Shown here in pieces: positions 1 to 11,353 of a stretch of DNA of 64,000 bases. The stretch's first letter is position 1. Each line of letters starts with the position of its first letter. Under the pieces are notes generated by a model. That model had not been told where the DNA came from and searched no databases. It saw nothing but the letters and a program-made list of their open reading frames with translations. Both the position numbers and the translations under genes were made by a program. Source of the stretch: Azolla caroliniana (Eukaryota; Plantae; Polypodiophyta); contig JBHGNT010000010.1 of assembly GCA_043228905.1 (NCBI GenBank), positions 13,020,001-13,084,000 on the forward strand. Reading direction: 5' to 3'.

Positions 1-312
1 CGTGCATGTCTTGCACCCTCACCTACACCATATGCATGGGGGCATCTATAAAAGAGTGGATGAATCAAGCAACTGGGGGAGCTCTGTATTAAACAAGAAA
101 TTAAGAGGAAGAAAATTCGTTATCCCATTTTTGTGATGTATTAATCTTGTCTCTCAATCTAAAGTCAAGCATTCTATCTTATCTTAATCTCTCTCTTTCA
201 ATCTATCTTAAATACTTTCTTGCTAAAGCTAGACCAAACTTCGAATCATTCTGGTCCAAAACCCCGACGGTTCCGCCTCAAGATCCGCACGTAGTGACGG
301 ATCTTCACGACA
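1..312 (+). mobile_element. 3' part of an LTR related to family A (truncated by window edge)
   Basis: Ends ...CCGCACGTAGTGACGGATCTTCACGACA like the A LTR ends (6556, 12198, 40747, 47588); has CTATAAAAG TATA; followed by ACGG and unrelated gag sequence. Confidence 0.85.
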
Positions 313-329
313 ACGGGAAAAGTGATTCC

Positions 330-1860
330 ATTTCTAAACTAGTACCCCATTTTCTCGGTTTCGGTTATGCCTATGATCACGTAGAAAGGTTCAAGTAGAT
401 ATGTCGAGCTTATGAGCCCGTCACAGAGACCACCAAAGTAGCGGCGTTTGGACTTACATTCGATGACCAAGCTGGAATTTGGTTTAGGACCTTGAATGAG
501 GACATCGTCACAGACTTCGAGTATGTCATCGAAGATTTCCTAATGAACTTTGCTCGTCGAGGGAATAAATGGAACCCGATCGACCAACTTTTCGCCCTCA
601 AGCAACAAGCGAACGAAATTGTCCGGGACCACATATGTCGCATGAAAAGCCTTCACCATCGTTGTAGCCCGAGAGACAAGATGTCAGACAACAAATTGAT
701 GAGCCGATTCATCAATGGGTTGTTTGACCCGACACTCTAAAATTTCCTGATTGCTAGGATGTGTCAGTCATTCACAGAAGCTTGTAAGGTAGTGATGACT
801 TTCGAAGATTCAATGAGCAGGTTATGGATACCCACTCAAGTGCCTACGAACAACTGTGAGAAGCCCTCGGATCCCACTCTAGCCATGCCGTCGAGACCAC
901 CCTGTATAGAAAGACCCCAAGAATATGCCCAAAAAGAAAATGTAAGGTGTACGGTGTGCCATGGCCATCACACGGGGCATGAGTGCCCCCTCCTCCACCA
1001 ATGACGACCTCAATACTATAAGTGGTGCAAATCCTTCGTGATGCATTCTCAAGAGAACTGTTGGCAAGCCCCAAATGGAAGGTATAACCAAGCACCAATG
1101 GTCGAGCACCCACGATCACCTCCACCGCTTAGCCGCTCACAACTACCAGCAATACTTCCCCAACAACCCCCGCTACCACGCATGGGAGCTCGCCTCACCG
1201 AACTAGAATATGCCACTGATAACCAAACTCAGGTTGGGGGGGACACCCCCGAATATGAAGACTCATACTGGGAGTACGGAGTTGAAGAAGAGGTGCTTCG
1301 TGGACTTCGAAGGCGACCAAATACCAGTGTAGGTCTTGAGAGGAGAACAGAGTGGCCTGTCGATTGGATATCGCAACAATAATGGTCTAGGAAGGTCCGA
1401 ATTGAAATGTTTCAATTGCCAAGGCGCACACGTGGATAGCGAGTGCCCAACCAAACATGAGTACTACAACCAGATGGCACAACGACTACGACATCCCCCA
1501 CTCGAAACACCCCCACAACCACTGGTACAAAGTCTCACCCAACAGTCACGGGACCTTATCGAGTGGCTCCAAAGAGAAGCATCATGCCCAAGGTGTGGTA
1601 AAGAACACTTAGTACCTGATTGCCCAACAAAAAAGAAACGGATTGGCGCAAATCTGTTTTCTATCGTACCATCAACGGTTGGCGCCAACATCATCACAGG
1701 AGCTCAAAGAGTAGCTCATAACTTAAAGTATCACGATCAAGGCCTGCCCACGACTACGCGTAAGAGACGAAAATTCAAAAAATGTGCATCCACGGAGGCC
1801 TCAAAGCACGATCGAGAACCGGAGGGAGATGTAGAAACAATACCCGTCGACCCTAACTAA
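330..1860 (+). pseudogene. gag: Disrupted gag of element F
   Basis: Gag-like fragments in several frames; CCHC knuckles CTVCHGHHTGHEC, CFNCQGAHVDSEC, CPRCGKEHLVPDC; stops and frameshifts; start approximate. Confidence 0.75.
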
Positions 1861-2139
1861 GAGCTGCCGGCACACCTAGTAGTGTACCCAAACCCAATGG
1901 CTGAAAAACAAAAGGTCGAAGAGTACATCAAACTTATACGACACGAATAGTTTGAAAGACCACTTAGTCTCCCGAGCCTAAATTTCGACCAACTCGACCA
2001 ACACACGGATACACACCCCCTCATCGTAACACCAATTGACACCCCCATCTCCCAATCTACCCCAATCAAAGAGGTCAACATAGCCCTGCTCCAACAAATA
2101 TTAAATTTAAAATTACGAATCACATTACATGAAGTACAC

Positions 2140-2837
2140 AGCTACACCGGCATCTTCGTGACCAACAACCCCCAACTACGACCTATACTCGCCAAGGAAA
2201 TAGAGTTCACACTCGAAGAGCTGCTCAAACTCGACATCTAACCATGCCACGACGTCCTTCACTGCATCAATGGAGGCCTATTTGCAAGTTATGGAGAAAA
2301 GATACACACCCACATTCCTTATACGATCACAGTCCCCAAACAACCCGAAGGAACACCGGTAGATATACGCGAAGCTCACTTTGAGAGCAATGATACTAGT
2401 TTCACTCTCCCCGTCTACGTCAACGGCACAACGTGTGATGTGATCATTGACAGTGAAGCAGGGGTAAGTATAGTCAACTACGAATGTTGGTGTAAGTACA
2501 AAGCTACACCGGCATCTTCGTGACCAATAACCCCCAACTACGACCTATACTCGCCAAGGAAATAGAGTTCACACTCGAAGAGCTGCTCAAACTCGACATC
2601 CAACCATGCCCCGGTGTCCTTCACTGCCTCAATGGAGAAAAGATACACACCCACATTCCTTATACGATCACAATCCCCAAACAACCCGAAGGAACACCGA
2701 TAGATATATGCGAAGTTCACTTCGAGAGCGACGTTACTAGTTTCACTCTCCTCGTCTGCGTCAACGGCACGACGTGTGACGCGATCATTGACAGTGAAGC
2801 GGGGATAAGTATAGTCAACTACGAATGTTGGTGTAAG
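2140..2837 (+). repeat. ~360-bp tandem duplication in F protease region
   Basis: AGCTACACCGGCATCTTCGTGACC at 2140 and 2502; both copies end in GAATGTTGGTGTAAGT. Confidence 0.9.
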
Positions 2838-3722
2838 TGGGGGAGCCCAAAAATGCTTCCTTCGGACGTCAAACTCCTAATGGCAGATACGTCCATCCAA
2901 CGGCTAGAAGGCATGATCCCTATAGACCACTTTACTATCCACGGGGTCGAGTTCAATCTCACCTTCGTCGTCACAAGATCATCCAATCATGTGGCTTACG
3001 AGTGTTTACTAGTAAGACCATTTCTACGTGTAAGCCACCTTGTGATGGATTTCAGGAACGATACAATCTATATGCGTAAAAACAACAAAACCTTTCACAT
3101 CAAAGCATACACACAAAAAGTGCACGAACAAGAAGGCAACCCTCTCGTGGACAACTCGTCAAAAACCACCAAGTTCGAGACCAACCTCCTCGCATGTCAA
3201 CCATTTCCCCAAGCATCCACTAATCCTAGGGTAGAGAATGCGAGAGAAGACCAATCTGTAGGTTTCGATGCGTCAGAGATGAATTGGGTGCACGCTCTTG
3301 CCACGACCGATGCAAAGTGTCCGATAAGGACAGAGACACGATCTCGTGTTTTAATGTCACCACTCTCGTACCCCTGCGGAAACGAGTAGACATAAAAGAC
3401 AAAGACCTAGCTAAAGGGGACATGGCTCTCAAATTGGCCCCTCAATGACACAAAAAGAAGCTCAAATTACGAGGCGAAGGACCCTATGTGGTCTCAGAGA
3501 TTAATTACCAAGACAGGAACATGTCGAATACGCACGCTCGAAGGACTCGACATCCCATCATTCATCAATGGGAGCAAGCTCAAATGTTACTATGAACCCC
3601 TCACCCTTGAAGCCCTACTCATGGCCCGACAACGAAAAGTGGAAGTCAAACTTAAGGCATCCGAAGGCCGAATGGCTCGACTAGAAACCGTCCTTCGCAA
3701 TGCACAAGAGAAACTAAAATGA
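2520..3722 (+). pseudogene. pol: F aspartic protease followed by integrase C-terminal (GPY-type) remnant; RT/RNaseH absent
   Basis: AIIDSEAGISIV protease motif and YECLLVRPFL; then ...GPY...GTCRIRTLEG...INGSKLKCYY. Confidence 0.7.
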
Positions 3723-5231
3723 CAAGGGGACACCCACCCTGCAACTATGGCTAAGGCGATCGACTCTAATGAGATGATGACACACCTACCATGCTTCGCC
3801 GACGACGTACCTTTAATGGCGGTAATCGACACCGTAGCATCACTAACCCTTTTCTCCTTCTAAAGATGGGAACATCTAGGGTGCCCGGACCTCAAAGTAT
3901 GCAACGACAAATTCTTTGGTTTCGATGGTTCCACATTGCTCTGCCTTGGAACCTTCGTGTCTAACATCAAGAAAAAATACAGTGCCCACTCAATTCGAGT
4001 TCGGGTCCTCCCACCGAAAGTGTTGTACACCCCGTGCCTCCTCGGTTTGGATTGGTGTCACATAAACTAATTTCTCCTGTCGCCAAGCAAGAACATCGTC
4101 TCCTTCCAAACTGCAAATGGTGTGAGGTCCAAGAAACTCGTTGCAACAACTCTTGAATCACGCCCTACCGATCTTGACGAACTCCAGAGCACGAAACCAC
4201 GCAACAAAAAAGAATGCGCATAACCACCAACCACCCAAGGCTAGAGAAACGCTAACATCGGAACAAGGACATCTGTGCCACCCAAATGGGTGAACGTCCA
4301 CGCGACTTTCGCCGAAGGATCACACGGTGGAGAACGTGTTATTTGGCGAGTCAAAAAAGCACTCACCAACACCTAAGGTTAGCACAAAGGTGCCATTAGC
4401 TTCTGGGTTCCGAAGCAAAGCCGGCTTCCCACACTTGACCATACCACGACTACACGGAACTCCCGACAACTGCACACATCGCCCAAATACCCCGCCCAGG
4501 TTAAGGCCATAGACCTCGACCAGACTCAGCAACTAGGAGGTCGAATTCCCCATAGAACTACCTCATGGACCCCCCACACCCCACACCCCACACCCGCCAA
4601 CTCAACCCCACCCAAAACCCCCTAAATTTTCCAAACTCTCACGAAATCCTCGGTGGATTCCCGTCCAACTCTACCCCCCGCACATAAACCTTGACCAACC
4701 CCTCACCATACCTTATGTCACTTCGCTCATCAACTATTCGGCCCGTCTTCTCCCCCGACTTCAGTTACTATCCCCATTAGACAATAATTTATTTATTCAT
4801 TACTTGTACCATCCCTGCCCACAATTTTGTCTTTTCCGGTATATTTATTAGGATTTACAATATTAGACTTACCCTTTATTTTTAGGGGTCCCTCCGCCGA
4901 TTATTTCTACTCATGACCTATCTATGTTTGTTCGTCTCGTTCTTTTACATATTATTTTTCATGGTATTTTTAGATCCTCTCTCGTTTGCCCTCCTTTCCC
5001 CCTCACGACTCTCTCTTCTCCCTCCCCGCTTTTACTCCTCCCTTTGTGATCGTGTTACACTCTACCCTTGGGTGGGTCTAAATTTTTTTTTTTTGCTCTC
5101 TCTTCCTGCGCTCTCACACTCGGGCACCGCCAACACCACAAACCTACCCACCTCCTACGGCGGCCACGATGACTACCGTGTCGATTCTGCCACCCCCTTG
5201 GCATCGGCAGTCACATCTGGTTGCTTCACGC

Positions 5232-6556
5232 TGTCGTGAAGATTTTCGGTAATAGTGTGAAAATCTCATAAAACGTACGAAATCGAGTATGAATCACGTA
5301 ATACAATAATTGTGAAGATAACATTTTTAATATCTAAGTACAAAATGATGGAGGTTTCGAATGCACTTTATTACACGAGAAATGGACAACTAAATGTCAA
5401 GATATGAGGGTATAAAGTTTGTGAAAAGAAAAGAGAAAATTGTGAGATATCCCACATAGGCACGACAAATACAGCTCTCATCATATATAAGGTGGAGCAA
5501 AAGATATTATCTTTGTGTCTATGTGTGGAGCATAGAGAGTTAAAGGTAACTTGAACTAAGAGTGGAGGTGGCTAGCTACTCGTAAAGGGTTTTGGCCAAC
5601 CAAAACCGGATCGGCGATGGAGCCGGTGATCCGACCGCATCCGACCGCAATCAGGCGGCGGCATCCGGCGAGGCACCGGTAACCGACGGCATCCGGCATC
5701 CGGCACCGGTATCCGGCTGCGGCACCGGTAACCGACGGCATCCGGCATCCGTATCTGGCTACGGCACCGGTAACCGACGGCATCCGGCATCCGTATCTGG
5801 CTACGGCACCGGTAACCGACGGCATCCGGCATCCGTATCTGGCTACGGCACCGGTAACCGACGGCATCCGGCATCCGTATCTGGCTACGGCACCGGTAAC
5901 CGACGGCATCCGGCATCCGTATCTGGCTACGGCACCGGTAACCGACGGCATCCGGCATCGGTATCCGGCTGCGGCACCGGTAACCGACGGCATCCGGCCG
6001 CGGCATCCGGCGAGGCGACGGTATCCGGCGAACCGGCAACTAGATAAATAAATATATAAATATATATATACATATTTACATATACAAGGAGGGCAAGAAA
6101 GGATTCGAAACTTACACCTCCAAGTTAGGAGTCAATTGGCTTACCATTAAGCCATGCTATTTAGTTGAAATTATATTTCTATCATTGTACTTTTACATGT
6201 AAATTCTCATACATGAGAGCTAAAATGAGTGACATGGTTATCATACACCACATGTAATACATAAGCGCCAAATGGCAAACATGCAATTTATGCATGTCTT
6301 GTACCCTCAAATGCATCATATGCATGAGAGCATCTATAAAAGAGGGAAGGGGGAGGAGAAAAGGACGGTTTTTTTTGTATGAAAATTAAGAGGAAGAAAT
6401 TCGTTATCAAATTGATCGTGTAATCTCAACTTCTCTCTTTCCCAATCTATCTTAAGTACTTTCTCGCCAAAGCTTGTATCGACTCTAAATCCTTCTGGTC
6501 CAGAACCCCGGCGGTTCCGCCTCACGATCCGCGCGTAGTGACGGATCTTCACGACA
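5232..6556 (+). repeat. A1 5' LTR (1325 bp, expanded by minisatellite)
   Basis: Matches 39729-40747 and 46571-47588. Confidence 0.95.
5672..5997 (+). repeat. 42-bp GC-rich minisatellite, ~7 copies, in A1 5' LTR
   Basis: Unit GGCACCGGTAACCGACGGCATCCGGCATCCGTATCTGGCTAC at 5721, 5763, 5805, 5847, 5889 plus variant flanking units. Confidence 0.95.
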
Positions 6557-6564
6557 TAATAAAG

Positions 6565-6582
6565 TGGTGAACCCGACGTGAA
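6565..6582 (+). promoter_or_regulatory. Primer-binding site, tRNA-Trp
   Basis: TGGTGAACCCGACGTGAA is complementary to the 3' end of plant cytosolic tRNA-Trp (...TTCACGTCGGGTTCA-CCA). Confidence 0.85.
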
Positions 6583-6623
6583 AGAGGCGGTAGGAAGGAT
6601 CAAGTCGAGATTAATACTTGGAG

Positions 6624-8822
6624 ATGGCGTCCTCAAGCAACCAAGCAGGAGAGCTCGAAAGGATGATGCTAATCGTCGAGCAAATGATGAGATCTCGGGA
6701 CAACGACGCGAGCGTGGAGAAGGCTGTCGATCGTGTCGTAGAGCTCGAGGGCCAATTCGATGGAAGGAACGTTACGAAGTTCCTTGATGCATATAGAAGG
6801 GAGATGAATCAGAGGGATGTGTCCGAGGCACGTCCAATCGCAAGCTTCAAGAGAGTTGTCTCCAACAACATCCAAAGACGCGTCATCGAGCTTCAAGAAG
6901 GTAAGACAACATGGTCCGAGTTCGAGAAAACGATACTAGCAGAGTTCGTGACTGAAGACTCGACGAGGATGACTCAACATGCCCTGATGAAGTGGATAGA
7001 GAAGAAGAATAAGAAGATGAGCGTCTCGAGGGTGTACGACGAATTCGACCAGATGTTTAGTCGTCTCCCCAATACGGACCAAGTGTTGCTTGAAGAGGAC
7101 AAGACTTTGTACTTCTTGAAGGTCGTGGACATAAAGGATAGATGGGAGTTGGGGACTCTTCTCGAAGATGATACCCAAGCAAATGGGCTCGTAGCGGACT
7201 GGATCGCGGTGAAGCGGGCATGCAATAGGCTCGACAAGCGTCGCCAATGGGTTGATGACACCGACTTGACGGGACCAACTACCACGGAGAAAGCAAGACC
7301 ACCGAAAGTAGCTGAGCCGCTGAGACAAAGTAACGTGGAAGAAAAGAAGATTGATGATGACATCATTGAAGAGCTAGCGAAGAAGTTCGAGAAGGTCACG
7401 CTAACCAACATGAATCGTCGGGGCCCTAAAGGAAAAGAACCCTTTAGATGCATGTGGTGCGATAGCATGGACCACATGAGAAGGGATTGTGCGAGCCTTC
7501 GAGAGGCGATTCGACAAAATATCGTATACATAGAGGACAACATGATCTGCTCAAGCGAGACTAGAAGACCCCTACGGGTGAATTTCGGAAGAGGAGGAAT
7601 GAAGAAATCTATGGAGGATGCCGATGCGACTCATGTGGATGCGATGCACTATGCTGCGTCGGCCGGAATAAGAGTCGGGAAAGACAAGACTGAAGCTGCT
7701 AGAGCGGGAGCAAAGTTTTGGACTTCCGTTCTCGAATATGAGAAGAAGGGAAAAGTCACATCGAACGAGGTAGAGCTTGCGGACCGAAACGTGCAAAGCA
7801 TAACCGGGTGGTCGGATCTGGTGGACGACAACACCATACTCGCAGAGGTGATGTGCGACAACCACGAGGTGTTCGTCGAAGAAAAGAGAAAGAGAATAGA
7901 AGAGCAAGGCCCATCAAAAAGACATGAAACAAGGAACGCGAAAAAGAAGGACGATACGGAGACGAGTCGACCTTTACAAACGGAGGAACGAGAATCAAGC
8001 CGAAAAGGGGAGCCAAGCATACGAGTTGAAGAAACGGTTCGGCCCGTGAAGGTTGGTGTCGAAGACCCCACTCGGAGGACAAGGACTATACCTACCTATA
8101 AGCTAAGGTCGGACATAGAGCAGACGACGGACCTAAAGAAGATTCTCGAAGAACGAGTTCTTGATAGCCACGTAACTTTGTCCTTGAGGGAATTGCTTGG
8201 AATTACGAAGAAGGAGTTCCATGACACGATCGTGGACCTTGTAAAGAGGAAGAGACAACAATCGGACGAGGAAGAAGAGAAGCCGCAAAAAGCAAAAACG
8301 AATGCCATAACGATGGAAAGAGACGAAATCGATGAAGATATGGTGGACAGCCACTACACTCGACCTCATTGGGCACGAGCGACAACGGAGACAACGGTGA
8401 AGATCGGGGAGAAGAAAGAGACCGTCGTAGCCTTGATCGACCACGGCTCAGAGATCAACCTCATGTCAACCGACTTCTTCAAAAAGGGAAGATGGCCAAT
8501 CAATACAAACCACAGATGGAAGATTCGTGCCGAAACAAAGTCTACGGAGGACTTGTACGGAGCTTGTCCCAATGTCAAAGTCACGATCGGGGATGTGGAG
8601 ATGGATCAACACTTCTTCGTACAAGAATCGGCGTCGCATCCTGTCATCCTAGGGCAACCTTATATCACATCATCTCGGATGGAGACCAGAGTGTTCGATA
8701 ATGGAGCAGCCTTCGCACGAATAAAGAGTCTTGACAACCAAAGATCGGTCCAATTCCTAACAGTGCGAGCCAATCATGAAAGGAATCGAGATAGTCTCGG
8801 ATGCGAATCCTCGGATTTTTAG
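6624..8822 (+). CDS. gag: A1 Gag-protease polyprotein
   Basis: Open frame (734 aa in the track); Zn knuckle CMWCDSMDHMRRDC; protease ALIDHGSEIN and VILGQPYI. Confidence 0.9.
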   Translation: MASSSNQAGELERMMLIVEQMMRSRDNDASVEKAVDRVVELEGQFDGRNVTKFLDAYRREMNQRDVSEARPIASFKRVVSNNIQRRVIELQEGKTTWSEFEKTILAEFVTEDSTRMTQHALMKWIEKKNKKMSVSRVYDEFDQMFSRLPNTDQVLLEEDKTLYFLKVVDIKDRWELGTLLEDDTQANGLVADWIAVKRACNRLDKRRQWVDDTDLTGPTTTEKARPPKVAEPLRQSNVEEKKIDDDIIEELAKKFEKVTLTNMNRRGPKGKEPFRCMWCDSMDHMRRDCASLREAIRQNIVYIEDNMICSSETRRPLRVNFGRGGMKKSMEDADATHVDAMHYAASAGIRVGKDKTEAARAGAKFWTSVLEYEKKGKVTSNEVELADRNVQSITGWSDLVDDNTILAEVMCDNHEVFVEEKRKRIEEQGPSKRHETRNAKKKDDTETSRPLQTEERESSRKGEPSIRVEETVRPVKVGVEDPTRRTRTIPTYKLRSDIEQTTDLKKILEERVLDSHVTLSLRELLGITKKEFHDTIVDLVKRKRQQSDEEEEKPQKAKTNAITMERDEIDEDMVDSHYTRPHWARATTETTVKIGEKKETVVALIDHGSEINLMSTDFFKKGRWPINTNHRWKIRAETKSTEDLYGACPNVKVTIGDVEMDQHFFVQESASHPVILGQPYITSSRMETRVFDNGAAFARIKSLDNQRSVQFLTVRANHERNRDSLGCESSDF

Positions 8823-8875
8823 AGCGGACTATTGAAGCATGGGGCACAAATAGTCCGAGCAATCACAAGACCCCA
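8813..8875 (+). promoter_or_regulatory. Putative -1 ribosomal frameshift signal (slippery heptamer plus pseudoknot)
   Basis: GGATTTT 8813-8819; stem CGGACTATT/AATAGTCCG; loop TGGGG pairs with CCCCA 8871-8875; pol is in the -1 frame. Confidence 0.75.
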
Positions 8876-9655
8876 CAAGAAAGAAGAGTGCGTGGATTGC
8901 AAGGAGAAGCAACATGTGTCACACCTAGTGGCGCATGTAAACTAGTACTACTCGACAAGAAGCACAAGCGTCGAATACAAGAATTCGAGAAGATGCTGAA
9001 AGAAGAGAATATAATAGAAGAAGGAGAGTTCGTGACTCATATTATGGAAGAAGCCTCATTTAACGACACCATCGGAGAAATCGAGGACGTCGTGGACTTG
9101 AGCTATCTTCACAACCAACGCGTGATTTCGGTTAACTCCGTCAACATGTACGCTATCATCGATGAATACCGTCGTGGCATCTCGATGAAGGAAGCTGACA
9201 TCAACAGGAAATATAAAACGGTGGATAAGAACATCAAGCCAGTTGCGGTTCCGCTACCGGAAGATAGTTGGCAAAAGATGAAGAAAGTCGCTAGCGATCC
9301 AAGCTTAAGAGATCCGAAGAAGATAGGTCATGACTTCACCAAAGAGACGAAGGGGAAGCTACGAGTTGGGAAGGCGGCATGGGAAGGCTTTCGCAGTCTT
9401 CCCACGAGAAATCAGATGCGCCGACCCAAAGGTTATAGAGCCGATGGTGATCTTCACGGTGCCTCATGTGCCTTGGAACTTGAAACCGATACCGGTTCCG
9501 AGAGCACACCTTCCGAAGCTGATCGAGCTCTTAAATCAGATGCGCCGACCCAAAGGTTATAGAGCCGATGGTGATCTTCACGGTGCCTCATGTGCCTTGG
9601 AACTTGAAACCGATACCGGTTTCGAGAGCACACCTTCCGAAGCTGATCGAGCTCT

Positions 9656-9681
9656 TAAACCCTAAACCCTAAACCCTAAAC
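9656..9681 (+). repeat. Interstitial plant telomere repeat TAAA(CCCTAAA)3C
   Basis: Seen directly at a duplication junction in A1 pol; absent from A2. Confidence 0.9.
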
Positions 9682-11353
9682 GGTGGATAAGAAGATCAAG
9701 CCAGTTGCGGTTCCGCTACCGGAAGATAGTTGGCAAAAGATGAAGAAAGTCGCTAACGATCCAAGATTAAGAGATCCGAAGAAGATAGGTCATGACTTCA
9801 CCAAAGAGACGAAGGGGAAGCTACGAGTTGGAAAGGCGGCATGAGAAGGCTTTCGCATTCTTCCCACGAGAAATCAGATGCGCCGACCCAAAGGTTATAG
9901 AGCCGATGGTGATCTTCACGGTGCCTCATGTGCCTTGGAACTTGAAACCGATACCGGTTCCGAGAGCACACCTTCCGAAGCTGATCGAGCTCTTAAAGGA
10001 GAAGGTGAGTATGGGAATTCTAGAACCGTCGAATGCTCCTTATTCCAATAGGTGGTTCACGGTGCCGAAGAAGAATGGATCATTGCGATTAATCCAAGAT
10101 CTTCAACCCGTCAACAAGGTGACAATTCGAAATGCCGGAATCAGTCCGAGCGTGGAGGAAATTGCCGAAGCGTTTGCGGGCTGGTCCATCTACTCCATTG
10201 GCGATCTCTACTCCGGATATGACCAATTCCAATTGGCGATCGACAGTCGGGACATTACAACCATGAGGACTCCAATCGGGCTTGTGCGGCTGTGTACCTT
10301 ACCCCAAGGCGCAATGAACTCGGTGGCTCATATGGTGAATGCCATGAATAAAGTCTTGAAGGATTGCATTCCGGACATCACGATGCCATTCTTGGATGAT
10401 ATTCCGATAAAAGGATGTTCGGATGAGGAGAAAAATGAATCGAAAGATAAGGAAGGTTGTAGAAAGTTCGTTGCGGATCATATGAAAGATTGCGAGAAGG
10501 TGCTTCAAAGGCTCGAAGATGCGAATTTCACATTTTCGGGAGAAAAATGCGCATTCGGGCAACCGGAGATCTTGGTGGTAGGTCACTTGTGTGGAGCATA
10601 CGGCTGGAAGCCCTGCCCATCCAAAGTGAACGCAATCTAAGACATGAAAGAAGAATGCGAAAACCAAACGGAGGTTCGAAGGTTCCTTGGAGCGTGCGCG
10701 TTTTATCATATATGGATTCCTCACTACGCTCATGTCGCCGAATCGTTATATGAACTACTAAAGAAAAGAATAAAGTTTGAATGGCGAGAGGAGCACACAG
10801 AGGCTATGCGAAGATTAAAGAAACTGCTTCTTGAAGCTCCGGCACTAAGGAAGGCCGACTATGCCGAAGGGAAACCAATTTACGTGACCGTAGATACGAG
10901 CCCAACCGGAATCGGGTGGGTCATCAATCAAGAAGGTGAAGATAATGCGCGATATGCCATCCAGTTCGGAGCAAAGGTTCTCAGCGAACGACAACAAAGA
11001 TATGCCCAAGTCAAGCGGGAACTTTGGGGTATTGTGTCGGCAGTGAAGACGGAAAAAGATTACCTGATCGGGTCAGAAGTGATAATAGAGACAGATTGTC
11101 TCCCAATTCTCGGAATGGTCTCGGGATGTGCGACCCCAGATCTTGCTATGCTAAGGTGGATCGCCTACATCAAGTCTTTAAACCCAAAGATCCGTCACAT
11201 CACAGGGAAGAAGAACGCCATGGCTGACATGCTGTCGAGGGCAAGATTTTCAAATGGAAGTAACATGGTTTCGGAAGATGAAGATGTCGCCCTCGACTTC
11301 TTCAAGATGGCTCGATTGTCGGCGGAAGACCAGGACACGCAAACCCTCCACGC

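Larger units (their letters stand above)
8813..11353 (+). pseudogene. pol: A1 pol (RT, RNaseH), broken by duplications, a stop and a 3' deletion
   Basis: LPQGA..., PFLDDIPIKG, VTVDTSPTGIGW motifs; fused at ~11354 into mid-LTR. Confidence 0.9.

Noticed and set aside
5556-6047. Repetitive proteins on both strands (MPSVTGAVARYGCR, GTGNRRHPASVSGY)
   Set aside because: Translation artefacts of a stop-free 42-bp GC-rich minisatellite in an LTR
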